From Oscillibacter sp. (lineage in GTDB: Bacteria; Bacillota; Clostridia; Oscillospirales; Oscillospiraceae), in contig JAFSOM010000227.1 of NCBI GenBank assembly GCA_017447005.1, positions 1 to 33,735 of the forward strand: a stretch of 33,735 nucleotides of DNA, given 5' to 3'. Positions 19,652 to 28,870 of this stretch are shown here, one piece after another (position 1 is the stretch's first letter; every line of letters starts with the position of its first letter). The translations under genes and the position numbers were made by a program. The notes beneath the pieces were generated by a model that saw only the letters and a list, made by a program, of their open reading frames with translations, ran no database searches and had not been told where the DNA came from.

Positions 19652-19687
19652 CAAAGGTACAAAAAAGGTGTGTACTTAATACACACC
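19652..19687 (-). promoter_or_regulatory. Putative late promoter: -7 box TACCTTTG with upstream GGTGTGTA-N5-TACACACC palindrome
   Basis: caaaggta at 19652-19659; perfect 8-bp inverted repeat at 19667-19687. Confidence 0.65.
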
Positions 19688-19697
19688 AAATTACAAA

Positions 19698-20018
19698 TTA
19701 AAAATCGTCCGCGTTGTTGAAATCCTCCGGGTCCGGGATGTATGGTTCCTCGAGGCGTCGGAGGGATTCCTCGGCGGCGAGGCGGAACGCCCGGCGTTTG
19801 TGTCGGTTGGTTAACGCCTTGTAAGACAATAACATATCTTGGCACAATTGCGCGGTTTCGTGGATGTCGTGTTCCCGGGCGGCGTCCCACAATAAGCGGA
19901 GGCGGGCGATAAACGGGTCGTTTTCGGATGTCCTTTCGGGCGGCGGCGTTACCTGTATGAACCGGGAACGCGGCTCGATTCTTTTGTCGGGTTGCTGATT
20001 TGGGATTTTCTTTTTCAT
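19698..20018 (-). CDS. Hypothetical protein
   Basis: 106-aa ORF collinear with its neighbours. Confidence 0.6.
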   Translation of the reverse strand: MKKKIPNQQPDKRIEPRSRFIQVTPPPERTSENDPFIARLRLLWDAAREHDIHETAQLCQDMLLSYKALTNRHKRRAFRLAAEESLRRLEEPYIPDPEDFNNADDF

Positions 20019-20024
20019 TGTGAT

Positions 20025-20603
20025 TTACGGGAATAAATAATTCGATACCGTGATTTTGAATTCCTCGAGGTCGCGGCAAACAACGTATTTATTGCCGTTG
20101 TCCTCGGCGACCTGTTCCCATTGGATTTGTTTGTCGGATTGGCCGGAACCCTTGCGGTGTGTTTTCATTTCGATACAAAGGGAATGGAATTCGCCCCGGC
20201 CGACGAGGAGGATTAAATCGGCGACTCCGGCGGTGAGGCCCTCGCGCTTGAGGATTGCGCCCGTCCGGGCGTTTCTCCGGGCGGCGTTCGGGACCGCGAT
20301 TAACAACGGGGCGATTGCCGGGAACGAGGACCGGAACCACGCGACACAAAGTTGTTGTAATTGGGATTCCTCGTGTCCGGGTTTCTTGCGGTCTTTTTCC
20401 TCCTCGGTCCACAGGGACGCGGCCGCCTTTGTCCGGCGGGTGCGTTTGTTCTTGAGGAATTCGTCGACGATGTCGGCCGGGGATTGTTTCGGGCCGAATA
20501 CGCGGTCAACGATACGGCGGGCCTCCTCGTCCTTTTCGGCGAGAATCTTGTTTAATTCCTCGACCGTGATTGTGTCGATTCGGGGTGAACTGTTGTGTTT
20601 CAT
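20025..20603 (-). CDS. VRR-NUC domain nuclease (putative Holliday junction resolvase)
   Basis: ESQLQ..CVAWF, AVPN, GLTAGVADL, IEMKT, QSDKQ..W motifs of the PD-(D/E)xK VRR-NUC family. Confidence 0.85.
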   Translation of the reverse strand: MKHNSSPRIDTITVEELNKILAEKDEEARRIVDRVFGPKQSPADIVDEFLKNKRTRRTKAAASLWTEEEKDRKKPGHEESQLQQLCVAWFRSSFPAIAPLLIAVPNAARRNARTGAILKREGLTAGVADLILLVGRGEFHSLCIEMKTHRKGSGQSDKQIQWEQVAEDNGNKYVVCRDLEEFKITVSNYLFP

Positions 20604-20725
20604 TTCTTGCGTTTGCGTTTGGGTTCCAATACCGCGAGGGCCTTTGCCGTAACGACGGGGTCCGGCGTTTCCCCGGTTATCGTCTTAATCGCGTGGACGA
20701 GTTGGGCGAGTTTCTTAATAGTCAT
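20600..20725 (-). CDS. Small hypothetical protein (41 aa)
   Basis: MTIKKLAQLVHAIKTITGETPDPVVTAKALAVLEPKRKRKK; fills the gap with ATGA overlaps at both ends. Confidence 0.55.
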   Translation of the reverse strand: MTIKKLAQLVHAIKTITGETPDPVVTAKALAVLEPKRKRKK

Positions 20726-21378
20726 AATTCAAACAAATTCAATTGTTGTGTTTGATTCCCGGCGGCGTCAACAGTAATTCCGCGACACGTCCGGTTGAAC
20801 CATTCGTTCGACGCGGCGAAATACTCCGGGTCGATTTCCGTTCCGACGAAATCCAACCCCGCGAAATACGCGGCAATCCTTGAGGCCCCGGAACCGAGGT
20901 GAGAGTCGAATATCCGTGCCCCCCCCGTCGTATAATTCGCAAAAATCCACGAATACAATTCAACGGGTTTTTGCGTCGGGTGAATCTTTCCGCCCTCGAC
21001 GGGAGTTGTCGTCCGGAACCGGAAAACGCGGATTTTCCGATGAATGGAACACCACGCGAATTCGGCCTCGGAAAACGACCGTCCGTAATTCATTTTGTCC
21101 CAAACAATCCAATCCTCGGAACGGGGCAAATCAAAGTAATTCCCGCCCCAAATGATTTGTTCCCGGGACACGCGGAACAGTTCCGCGAAATACTCCGGGC
21201 CGGGGACTCCGGCGTCCCAATCTTTGCCCCGTGTGTATTTTCGCGTCGTGCTGATTCCCATTGCTATACGTCCGGCGTCGATTCCATACGGCGGGTCAAC
21301 GACGGCGAGGCCGAAATAATTGTCCGGGAGTGTACGCATATACTCGAGGCAATCGACGTTGTAGACCTCGGAAATCAT
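20722..21378 (-). CDS. DNA N6-adenine/N4-cytosine methyltransferase (beta class), orphan
   Basis: DPPY precedes HPTQKP and DSHLGSG; start moved to ATG 21378, which overlaps the upstream stop. Confidence 0.9.
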   Translation of the reverse strand: MISEVYNVDCLEYMRTLPDNYFGLAVVDPPYGIDAGRIAMGISTTRKYTRGKDWDAGVPGPEYFAELFRVSREQIIWGGNYFDLPRSEDWIVWDKMNYGRSFSEAEFAWCSIHRKIRVFRFRTTTPVEGGKIHPTQKPVELYSWIFANYTTGGARIFDSHLGSGASRIAAYFAGLDFVGTEIDPEYFAASNEWFNRTCRGITVDAAGNQTQQLNLFEL

Positions 21379-21611
21379 ATCGACCGAATGAGGATAAGCG
21401 GGACGAAATACTCGTCGGACGATTCGTCGCCCGTTGGGAACGCGTGTTTCCGGAGGGCGGGGGTCAACTCCTCCTCGCCGTACCGGATGTTTTGCCAACC
21501 AACCGAACGCGACACGTGGAGTTTGTACTCCGGTGTTGCAACGAGGACCGGGAGGTCCAATTCGGACGGGGTTAATCCCTGTAAGAATTTTAATAAATCT
21601 TTGCCTTTCAT
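21375..21611 (-). CDS. Hypothetical protein
   Basis: 78-aa ORF with ATGA overlaps on both sides. Confidence 0.6.
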   Translation of the reverse strand: MKGKDLLKFLQGLTPSELDLPVLVATPEYKLHVSRSVGWQNIRYGEEELTPALRKHAFPTGDESSDEYFVPLILIRSI

Positions 21612-21835
21612 TGTTTCGTTTCATTTAGTTTGTTACACAGGGCGACGACCTTTTCGAGGCGGCGCGTGTTGTGTTCGAGGTGTCGGGGTGAATTCGGGTT
21701 CTCGGTGTGCTTTGTGTTGTATTTAATCCGGTCGCGGATTCGCTTTGACAACGCGCCGAGTCCGGCGCAAAGGGTTTCAATTTCCCCGGCGGTGAATTCG
21801 AGTTCATAAACGGGGGGGGGTAACTGTTCGTTCAT
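21608..21835 (-). CDS. Hypothetical protein
   Basis: 75-aa helical ORF in the coupled gene chain. Confidence 0.6.
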   Translation of the reverse strand: MNEQLPPPVYELEFTAGEIETLCAGLGALSKRIRDRIKYNTKHTENPNSPRHLEHNTRRLEKVVALCNKLNETKQ

Positions 21836-21837
21836 TG

Positions 21838-21987
21838 CTATTTGCGTTTACCTGTTTTGAATTTATGTTCGTCGCAACAATCCTCCGGGGATGTAATCCG
21901 GGCGTGTCGGAGGCAACCGAGAACGTCCCCGGAGTCGTTATACCGGACGACCGCCCGGCAATTGTCGCAACGCCTGTTGTCTTTCAT
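21838..21987 (-). CDS. Small Cys-rich protein (49 aa), possible metal-binding
   Basis: MKDNRRCDNC...GC...CCDEH; start overlaps the upstream stop (ATGA at 21984-21987). Confidence 0.55.
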   Translation of the reverse strand: MKDNRRCDNCRAVVRYNDSGDVLGCLRHARITSPEDCCDEHKFKTGKRK

Positions 21988-22163
21988 TTGTCGGAATCGT
22001 TTTCGATGTCCTCCCGGCGGCGGCCGAGGAAATAATCGTCGTCGGTATCGTCGGGGTTGCCGTACTTTTCCGCCCATAACACGGCGGCGACATATACAAA
22101 CGCGCCGAGAAAAACAACGGCGACGAGGAACAGGATAACAAGAATTACGGATATTGCTTTCAT
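21984..22163 (-). CDS. Small single-pass membrane protein (59 aa)
   Basis: Manual translation MKAISVILVILFLVAVVFLGAFVYVAAVLWAEKYGNPDDTDDDY...; below the ORF-track cutoff; coupled overlaps at both ends. Confidence 0.6.
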   Translation of the reverse strand: MKAISVILVILFLVAVVFLGAFVYVAAVLWAEKYGNPDDTDDDYFLGRRREDIENDSDK

Positions 22164-22426
22164 AATAACTCGATGTCTATTATTTGACCTTTCGGGAGTT
22201 TGGGAATCGAGATAACGAAACGTTCGCCGTCCCTTTCGGGAAAATACGCGTACGTTCCGAGGAGGAGGAACTTTCCGGGTTTGGTTTCGACCGATAACTT
22301 TAATTCGGATTTGTGCATAACGACCCGGTCGCGGGCAATATCAATCGCCCGTTGCATTGTCGTAACGAGTGTTGACTCGCGGCGGCCCTGTTCGGAGAAC
22401 TTGAAATTGTGGCGGGTTGGTTCCAT
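22160..22426 (-). CDS. Hypothetical protein
   Basis: 88 aa from ATG 22426, just after the upstream stop. Confidence 0.55.
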   Translation of the reverse strand: MEPTRHNFKFSEQGRRESTLVTTMQRAIDIARDRVVMHKSELKLSVETKPGKFLLLGTYAYFPERDGERFVISIPKLPKGQIIDIELL

Positions 22427-22434
22427 ACGGCGGG

Positions 22435-22860
22435 TTACGCAAAACATTTCTCGATACGGACAACGACGCGGTGAATGTTGACCGATATATCGCCCGTAAC
22501 GGTCCAAACCTCGTTGAGGGTTTCAACCTTGCGGGCGGCCGCCTGTATGATGAGGAATTCGCAAAGTTGGCGGGAGAAAACGTAATTCATTGACGACCCG
22601 CCGTTGTTGGAAATCGGGAATTTCCCGGACTCCTCAAATACGAGGTAAACCTCGCCCGTGAGGTTATTTAATACCGGGGTGCAATGTTTGAGGGCCTTTT
22701 TCTCGATGAGGGCCGCGATTGCGCCGTTGACGCGGACGTAATAATCCGAGGATTTGAGGTTAACCTTGATTTGAATTTGATTGTCGGCGAGTTTGCCGAT
22801 ACGGGTTGCGCGGTCGGCGGACGCCTCCGGCATTGAGAACAGGTCAAAATTTGTTTCCAT
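22435..22860 (-). CDS. Hypothetical protein
   Basis: 141 aa from METNF (ATG 22860) with an A/C-rich leader; the longer track start overlaps other genes. Confidence 0.6.
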   Translation of the reverse strand: METNFDLFSMPEASADRATRIGKLADNQIQIKVNLKSSDYYVRVNGAIAALIEKKALKHCTPVLNNLTGEVYLVFEESGKFPISNNGGSSMNYVFSRQLCEFLIIQAAARKVETLNEVWTVTGDISVNIHRVVVRIEKCFA

Positions 22861-22874
22861 TGTGTTGTGAGGTT

Positions 22875-23162
22875 TTAATTGGTGAATAATGATTGTTGTT
22901 CGGGTTGAGGTTCCAGGGATTCCGGAGGGGCCGCCGGGACGTCGATAATTTCGAGGTATCGGTCGTTTATTGTCGGCCCCGTCCGGATGTAACCGCCGGA
23001 TTCCAATTCCTTGACGGTTTCCCGGGCCTCCTCGCGCGTTATCGTACCGAGGTGGCGGGATAACTCGACTCCGAGGCAAAAGTCCGGGAAACGGCGTTTC
23101 TCGCGTTTTTCCGTCCGGATTCGGAGGAGGATGTCGTAAACCTGTTTTTGCGCGGGTGTCAT
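22875..23162 (-). CDS. Hypothetical protein, possible winged-helix
   Basis: 95 aa; MTPAQKQVYDIL...VKELESGGYI pattern. Confidence 0.55.
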   Translation of the reverse strand: MTPAQKQVYDILLRIRTEKREKRRFPDFCLGVELSRHLGTITREEARETVKELESGGYIRTGPTINDRYLEIIDVPAAPPESLEPQPEQQSLFTN

Positions 23163-24160
23163 TTCTTGCGGGGGAATTGGTGGTTATCAAAATACAATTT
23201 GTAATTCTCCGGGAGTCCGAGTGACCGGATAACAGTTTCCCCGGCGACGGAATGGAAATAATCGACGCAAGGGGTCGGGACATATAGAACGAACATTCGC
23301 GGCCCTTGCTGATTCATTGCGTCGGACGTTGTGCAAACACAACCGACGGAATCCCGGAGAATCCATTTGTCCGCGTTGGGATTGCCGGATTCCGTGAGGG
23401 CCTTGTAAATCCTTTCGACGAGCCATAATTCGTTGTTACCGCAAGTTTGAAACTCGTTGTCGAGTGTATATCCGTCGGCGGCCGCGAGGCGTTGCGCCGG
23501 GGTCCACCAAACAACGCCACCCTTTCCGGTCCAACGTTTGCGTTCATTCGCCGCGATAAACTGTTTAACCTGTTTCCCGGGATGTAAGGCGTTCGCAAAG
23601 AAAAAGACCTTGTAAAACGCCCTTTCCTCGGCGACGCGGTCCTCGGTCGAAAGGTCCGCAAGCGAAAAACCCGCCTCGCGCGATTTATTTTTTAGAGAAA
23701 TATCTTGTTGTTGTTCTTTTTTCGAGGATATATTCTCTCCATTATTACCGTTCTTTCTTTCTTTCCATTCTCCAAGTGTTGTTATTTGATTGTTATTTGA
23801 TTGTTGATTGTTTGTTATTTGATTGTTATTTGATTGTTGGTCGGCGTCCTCGTCGATTTGGTAATCGTCGAAATTACAAACACTTATGATTGTATATTTG
23901 TTTGTTGATTTTCTGACAATTTCTCCGGTGCGCTCGAGCCGCGTTAAACACGTCCTCACCTGTTGGGTTGTTAACCCGGTCGCCCGGACGAGTGCGTCAA
24001 CACTTGTCGGGAATTCACCCCGGCGGATATTGACGCATTGCCAAACGTGGTCCTTATGCGAGGCCGATAACAGGATGTAAATAAAGATTTGCACCATTTC
24101 CGGCCTCGAGAACCATTGCCAATTGAGGAACCGACGATATAATTTGACCCAACCGTCCAT
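23159..24160 (-). CDS. Phage replication initiator protein
   Basis: GWVKLYR N-terminus, HTH TSVDALVRATGLTTQQVRTCL..L...GEI, TIISVCNFDDYQ, then a Q/N-rich repeat linker. Confidence 0.8.
   Translation of the reverse strand: MDGWVKLYRRFLNWQWFSRPEMVQIFIYILLSASHKDHVWQCVNIRRGEFPTSVDALVRATGLTTQQVRTCLTRLERTGEIVRKSTNKYTIISVCNFDDYQIDEDADQQSNNNQITNNQQSNNNQITTLGEWKERKNGNNGENISSKKEQQQDISLKNKSREAGFSLADLSTEDRVAEERAFYKVFFFANALHPGKQVKQFIAANERKRWTGKGGVVWWTPAQRLAAADGYTLDNEFQTCGNNELWLVERIYKALTESGNPNADKWILRDSVGCVCTTSDAMNQQGPRMFVLYVPTPCVDYFHSVAGETVIRSLGLPENYKLYFDNHQFPRKK
23779..23839. repeat. Iteron-like tandem repeats, probable replication origin
   Basis: TTGTTATTTGA x2, one 11-nt variant, TTGTTATTTGA x2 (33-nt higher-order period), inside the initiator gene and next to an AT-rich tract. 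Confidence 0.7.
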
Positions 24161-24167
24161 AATTCGT

Positions 24168-24917
24168 CTATATTGCGAGTTTATCGAGCCGGACGATTAA
24201 ACCCTTGTCCGCGACGTAAACGTTCGCGTACGGGGCCGTTTTGCGTATTTCCTCGCGAAATATTGCGGGGTCCGCGTTGTCGCCCGACAAATGAATCAAT
24301 ACAACCGTTTCGAGGTCCGGGGTGTTGTGTTCCTTGACAATCGCCCGGCAACGGTCGAGGGATAAATGATTCTCCCGGACACGTTTTGCAAGGGCGGGAA
24401 CCATACGTCCACGGTAAACGTTCTCGTCGACAATCGGGTCGGCGTAATTCGCCTCGATAACCAAATGTCGGATTGTCGCCGATGCGAACGAGAAATTCAT
24501 TTTCCCGATGTCGGTTGCAAACAGGATTCGCCCGGATTCCGGGTGTTCAATGATATACGAAAATGGTTCGGCGGCGTCGTGGACGGCCGGGAACGGCCGG
24601 ACCTTGAACGGGCCGACGTCGTACAATTGCCACGTCCGGAGGGGTTCGACGAGGACGGAATCCTCGAGCCGGAGGGCGGCCCGGGTCCCCGGGGACATAA
24701 ACGCCCGGAATCCGAGTTCCAACCAACGACGGATAAATCCCGCGTGGTCGCCGTGTTCGTGGGTAATCAATACCCCGGCGATTTTGCGCGTCGATACCCG
24801 GACACGTTGGAAAACCTTTTCCGGGGCGACCCCGGCCTCGATGATGAGGACGGAGTCGTTCCCCTCGAGGACATAACAATTGCCGGACGACCCGGTCGCG
24901 ATTACGTGTAAGTTCAT
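24168..24917 (-). CDS. Metallo-beta-lactamase-fold hydrolase (probable exonuclease)
   Basis: GSSGNCY, THEHGDH, HDAAEP, ATD, IEANY, HLS motifs. Confidence 0.9.
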   Translation of the reverse strand: MNLHVIATGSSGNCYVLEGNDSVLIIEAGVAPEKVFQRVRVSTRKIAGVLITHEHGDHAGFIRRWLELGFRAFMSPGTRAALRLEDSVLVEPLRTWQLYDVGPFKVRPFPAVHDAAEPFSYIIEHPESGRILFATDIGKMNFSFASATIRHLVIEANYADPIVDENVYRGRMVPALAKRVRENHLSLDRCRAIVKEHNTPDLETVVLIHLSGDNADPAIFREEIRKTAPYANVYVADKGLIVRLDKLAI

Positions 24918-24928
24918 ACCCGGGCGGA

Positions 24929-25924
24929 TTACATATCAAACAAGCCAGATTTCTTTTCGGCGGGCGCGGACTGTTCCGCCGGAGCCGGGGCGGGTTTGGC
25001 GTCGCCCTTCGGGAGGTCATCCTTGCCCTCACCCGTTTCCGGGTCGGCCGATTCGATAACCGGGGCGGCCTCGATTGCCTTTTCGACCTTTTCAACGGGG
25101 ATTGCGTCGAGGTCGACGGCGACAACCTTGTCGGGTCCCTGTTCGTCCGGGGCGTCCTTTGTGAGGTCATTGTTGTTGTCGGTATAATACTCGTACAACC
25201 CGGAGTCGTTCGACGCGGTTATGAACAGTTTACAGGCGCGGCCGAGGACGGTTTTTTTACACATTTCTTGAGTAAAATTGAGGTGTGCCGGGGAACCGCC
25301 TCTCGTTGCGCCCTGTTTCCACGCGGTTTGTATTTCTTGCATTGTCATAACCTCGACGAACGGTTGACGGTCCGGGTCGTCGGCGTACGGGACCAACGCC
25401 CACGCGCCGACAATCTTTGTGTTGTCGATATTGCCGAGTTTTTGAATGTGTTTCGTCACGACCTTGTTTCCGGTCCGGGTGTCAATCATATACTCGAATT
25501 CGTCGCCCTCGTATATAACTTGCGCCCGGGGTTCCCCGGCCCCGCCGAACCTCTTTGCGAGGGCGAGGCGGCCGTGATACTCGAGTTGAAAGTTGAGGCG
25601 GGTTCCGTACTTGATGAACGCGCATTGTTTACGCGATAACGACACGCCGAGGACGCACATTCGGAACAGGGATTGCGCGACGGATGTTGGTTCGACGACG
25701 GCGAGAATCGGTTGTCCGGTTGATTGGTCTTTCATTTCGGACAACTCGAGGAGGGCGAGGGTTAACTCGTTCCCGGCGTTGTACCCTTTCGGGAGGGCGA
25801 TTCCCCCGGCCTTTCGCATTTCGTTGAGGCGGTGGGTGACGGAATTCTCGATTGCCTGTTTGTTTTTATTGGCGATAACCGTTAGTTCCGCCGGGGTCGG
25901 GTTGTTGTTGTCTTTGTTTGCCAT
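24929..25924 (-). CDS. recT: RecT-family single-strand annealing recombinase
   Basis: QCAFIKYG..L.FQLEYHG, VIYEGDEF, IVGAWA, EMCKKTV motifs; acidic tail. Confidence 0.85.
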   Translation of the reverse strand: MANKDNNNPTPAELTVIANKNKQAIENSVTHRLNEMRKAGGIALPKGYNAGNELTLALLELSEMKDQSTGQPILAVVEPTSVAQSLFRMCVLGVSLSRKQCAFIKYGTRLNFQLEYHGRLALAKRFGGAGEPRAQVIYEGDEFEYMIDTRTGNKVVTKHIQKLGNIDNTKIVGAWALVPYADDPDRQPFVEVMTMQEIQTAWKQGATRGGSPAHLNFTQEMCKKTVLGRACKLFITASNDSGLYEYYTDNNNDLTKDAPDEQGPDKVVAVDLDAIPVEKVEKAIEAAPVIESADPETGEGKDDLPKGDAKPAPAPAEQSAPAEKKSGLFDM

Positions 25925-25930
25925 AATGAA

Positions 25931-26269
25931 TTACTTTTGAATGTGGGTTATTTTGGAATTTGGTTTCGGTCTTGTTCCGTTGAGGATTGGTTGTATATCG
26001 GAGTTCCGGTAAAACACGCGGGTTCCGCGCCGGACGGGGATTAAATACCCGTATTCTTTCTCCCAACGATACAGGGTGGACGGGTCGACCTTGAGGATGT
26101 CGACGACGTCCTCCCGGGGAATAAGGAAATCGGCGCGTTCGGCCGCAATGGTCCCCTCGAGTTCGGCCCGGGTGTCGGCAATGATTGTCCGGGCGGCGGT
26201 GATAAGGTCGCCGACGCGGATTGATATTGTAATTTCCGGATTGGTCCGGGCGAGTTCGAGGAGGTCCAT
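25931..26269 (-). CDS. Excisionase-like HTH protein
   Basis: IPREDVVDILKVDPSTLYRW...PVRRGTRVFYR.SDI (MerR-like/HTH_17 pattern). Confidence 0.75.
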   Translation of the reverse strand: MDLLELARTNPEITISIRVGDLITAARTIIADTRAELEGTIAAERADFLIPREDVVDILKVDPSTLYRWEKEYGYLIPVRRGTRVFYRNSDIQPILNGTRPKPNSKITHIQK

Positions 26270-26280
26270 ATCTTGCGGGA

Positions 26281-28356
26281 TTACTGTTCGATTGAGAGTT
26301 CCGCGCCCTTGACGACGGACAGGCGGACGACCTGTGAATCGACGTCGAAACGCGAGGTTGTGATTGATTCGGCGTTGTCAACGAATATCGGCGCGGTTAC
26401 GCCGTGCGCCCGGCAAAACGTCGCGATAACGTCCATACCGACGAGGATTCGTTTTGCGTCGTTCATTGAACCGTACGGGACGTTGTTTGTATCCATAACG
26501 GTACAATCCTCGACGACGTCGCCGTTTACGAGGGTGTCGAACATACGGAACCGGGCAATCCGGAACAGGCCGTTAATTGCGCCCTCGACGGCGGAAATGT
26601 CGGCCTTGAGATATTCGGCCGCGTCGAATTCCATTTGTTCGAGTTCGGCGAGGTGTTCCGTGTAACGTTTTTTGTTTTCCTGTTCCGCGTCGATTTTCGC
26701 CTTGATACGGGCGGCCTCCTCCCGGCGGGCGAGTCGGGCCTTGAGGGGGTCGACCGTTGCGGTGTAATCCCGGCGAACGACGTTGCATTTCTCCTCGAGT
26801 TCACGACGGCGGGCCAACAGGCCGGAAACGTCCGTTGTAACAGGGTTCCCGATTTCCGTTTCGAGGGCGGCGATTTCCTCCTCGAGGGCCTTGTATTCCG
26901 GGGAATTCTTGACGTTGTCGACGACGCCGTCAATGTTGAATATTGGCGTACGTTTCACCTCGTCGAGTTCCTGTTCGGCGGCCGACAGGGATTCGCGGGT
27001 CTTGATGAGTTCGGCGCGAATGAGGTCGGCCCGGGCGGAGTCGTGTTCAATATTCGCCCCGAGGGTGTCGTATCGGGGTTGCAAAGACAACGCGGTTTTC
27101 TTGAGGTTGTCGATTTCGCGCTGATTGTCGGCCGTGAAATGTTCGAGGGCGGCGGCGCGGGCCTGTTCGATATTGTCGGCCGGGAGGGGTTGACCGCAAG
27201 CGGGACAAACGGTGTTGCCGTTATACTCGAACGCGCGGGTCTTAATATCAGCGATTGCCTGTTTCATTCTTTCGACACGGGCCTCGATGTCGGCGCGTTC
27301 GTCCCTGTTGGCGGCGATTGTGGTTTCGACGTTCCGGAGGGTGTTTTCCGCGTCGGCAATCTTGCGGCGGACCTGTTCGACCTTGCGGGATGCGGCGTCA
27401 ATATTGCGGGTACGGTCGTAATTGGCGGATTGAACACCGTTCGTCGCGTCGTCAATGAGTTTCCGGGCGGCGAGGCGGAGGTCCGCAACCTTTTTCCGTT
27501 TGTCGGAAACGGCGGCGACGGCCGCGTTGTCGGCCTTTCGGATGTCGGCGACCTGTTCGTCAACGCCTTTTATTTCGGCCTGTATTGCGGCGAGTTCCTC
27601 GTCGGCGGCGAGGGCGCGGTTCTGTATTTCCTTTGCGATTGCGTCGTAATCCTCCGGAGCCGGGAGGGAATCGGTATAGGCCGAGATTTTCGGGTCACAT
27701 TCCGCGAGGTCCTTTTTGGTTTGGCGTTTGTCGGCCGCAATCCGGCGGCGGAATTCGGACACGTCCTCGCCGTTCATTTTGGCGATAATGTCGGCGAACC
27801 GGGCGCGGATTTCCGTTTTGTCGATACCGTCCCCGACGAGGTCCATTAACGCGGCGCGGCGGGCCTTTTTGTCGGTCGTGTCCCCGATGAAAAACAACGG
27901 GTCCGTAATGAGGCGGAAAATCTTTTCGTCGACGAGGTCCGCGATTGCTTTTGAATAATTCTCGAGGGTGTCAACGTTTATACCGTTGACAAAGAATAAC
28001 GATTCGTGACCCGTGAGGCGGGACTCGGTTTCCTTTTTGGCCCGGGACCACGTTTCGCGCCAAACCCTCCGGAGAACGGTTTTGATTCCGTCGGTCGAGA
28101 GTTCGGCCTCGACGAGGGTTTCGAGGTGGTGGACCTGTTCCCCGGTGACGGGGTCGATTGGTACGATTTCAAACTTGTTTTGAACGGTGTTTCGGTGGTC
28201 CTTTCCGAACAGTAACCACGTAAACGCGTCAAAGATTGTGGATTTGCCGAGGCCGTTGTCGCCGACGATGTTTGCGGACACGCCGCCGAGGTTGAACGTC
28301 CGGTCTTGAATCCCTTTGAAATTTTGAATCTTGAGGGTAATAATACGAATATCCAT
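26281..28356 (-). CDS. Rad50/SbcC-like ATPase with coiled coils and zinc hook
   Basis: LKIQNFKG, Walker A GDNGLGKST, central CPACGQ, Walker B IFVDNAES; start moved to ATG 28356. Confidence 0.88.
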   Translation of the reverse strand: MDIRIITLKIQNFKGIQDRTFNLGGVSANIVGDNGLGKSTIFDAFTWLLFGKDHRNTVQNKFEIVPIDPVTGEQVHHLETLVEAELSTDGIKTVLRRVWRETWSRAKKETESRLTGHESLFFVNGINVDTLENYSKAIADLVDEKIFRLITDPLFFIGDTTDKKARRAALMDLVGDGIDKTEIRARFADIIAKMNGEDVSEFRRRIAADKRQTKKDLAECDPKISAYTDSLPAPEDYDAIAKEIQNRALAADEELAAIQAEIKGVDEQVADIRKADNAAVAAVSDKRKKVADLRLAARKLIDDATNGVQSANYDRTRNIDAASRKVEQVRRKIADAENTLRNVETTIAANRDERADIEARVERMKQAIADIKTRAFEYNGNTVCPACGQPLPADNIEQARAAALEHFTADNQREIDNLKKTALSLQPRYDTLGANIEHDSARADLIRAELIKTRESLSAAEQELDEVKRTPIFNIDGVVDNVKNSPEYKALEEEIAALETEIGNPVTTDVSGLLARRRELEEKCNVVRRDYTATVDPLKARLARREEAARIKAKIDAEQENKKRYTEHLAELEQMEFDAAEYLKADISAVEGAINGLFRIARFRMFDTLVNGDVVEDCTVMDTNNVPYGSMNDAKRILVGMDVIATFCRAHGVTAPIFVDNAESITTSRFDVDSQVVRLSVVKGAELSIEQ

Positions 28357-28360
28357 ATCG

Positions 28361-28609
28361 TTACAGGGTTGAGAGATTGAGGTTGAAATTTGTTGACAGG
28401 AACCACGCGACGAGGGCGTTTGTGGACCTCCGGATTCCGGTTTTCTCGTAGATATTTTGCGTATGCCGTACAACGGTGTTATACGATACGAAAAGCCGTC
28501 CGGCGATTTCCTTTCCGGTCAACCCATAACGATAACAATAACCGACGGCGACCCGGGTTTCGGCGGGAGTCAATACCGCGTCGGTTGCGAGGGGATGTTG
28601 TGCGTTCAT
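28361..28609 (-). CDS. LuxR-type HTH regulator (stand-alone)
   Basis: LTPAETRV...GLTGKEIAGRLFVSYNTVVRHTQNIYEKTG. Confidence 0.85.
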   Translation of the reverse strand: MNAQHPLATDAVLTPAETRVAVGYCYRYGLTGKEIAGRLFVSYNTVVRHTQNIYEKTGIRRSTNALVAWFLSTNFNLNLSTL

Positions 28610-28633
28610 ACTTGAATGTGCGTTTGTTGGTTG

Positions 28634-28870
28634 TTACTCGCCCCAACAGTCGTTGACGCCGTATTTGCGGAATACTGATTCCACGCGGGCGGCCTTTTCG
28701 ACGTCGAGGATTCGTTTTCCGTCGGCGTACGCCGCGAGTGATTGGCGGGTTGTCACGTCGAGGGCGGCGGCGAGTTCCTCGCGGACGGCGGCGTTGTCGC
28801 CGACCTTGATTTCCCGGAGGCCCTTTCGGAACGCCTTTGCGGGAGGGGTTGTGTTTGGTGTCTTATTCAT
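28634..28870 (-). CDS. Small putative DNA-binding (Cro-like) protein
   Basis: 78 aa; ELAAALDVTTRQSLAAYADG resembles an HTH. Confidence 0.5.
   Translation of the reverse strand: MNKTPNTTPPAKAFRKGLREIKVGDNAAVREELAAALDVTTRQSLAAYADGKRILDVEKAARVESVFRKYGVNDCWGE

Noticed and set aside
23779-23839. CRISPR array
   Set aside because: 11-nt units with no unique spacers, inside a coding region; no cas genes.
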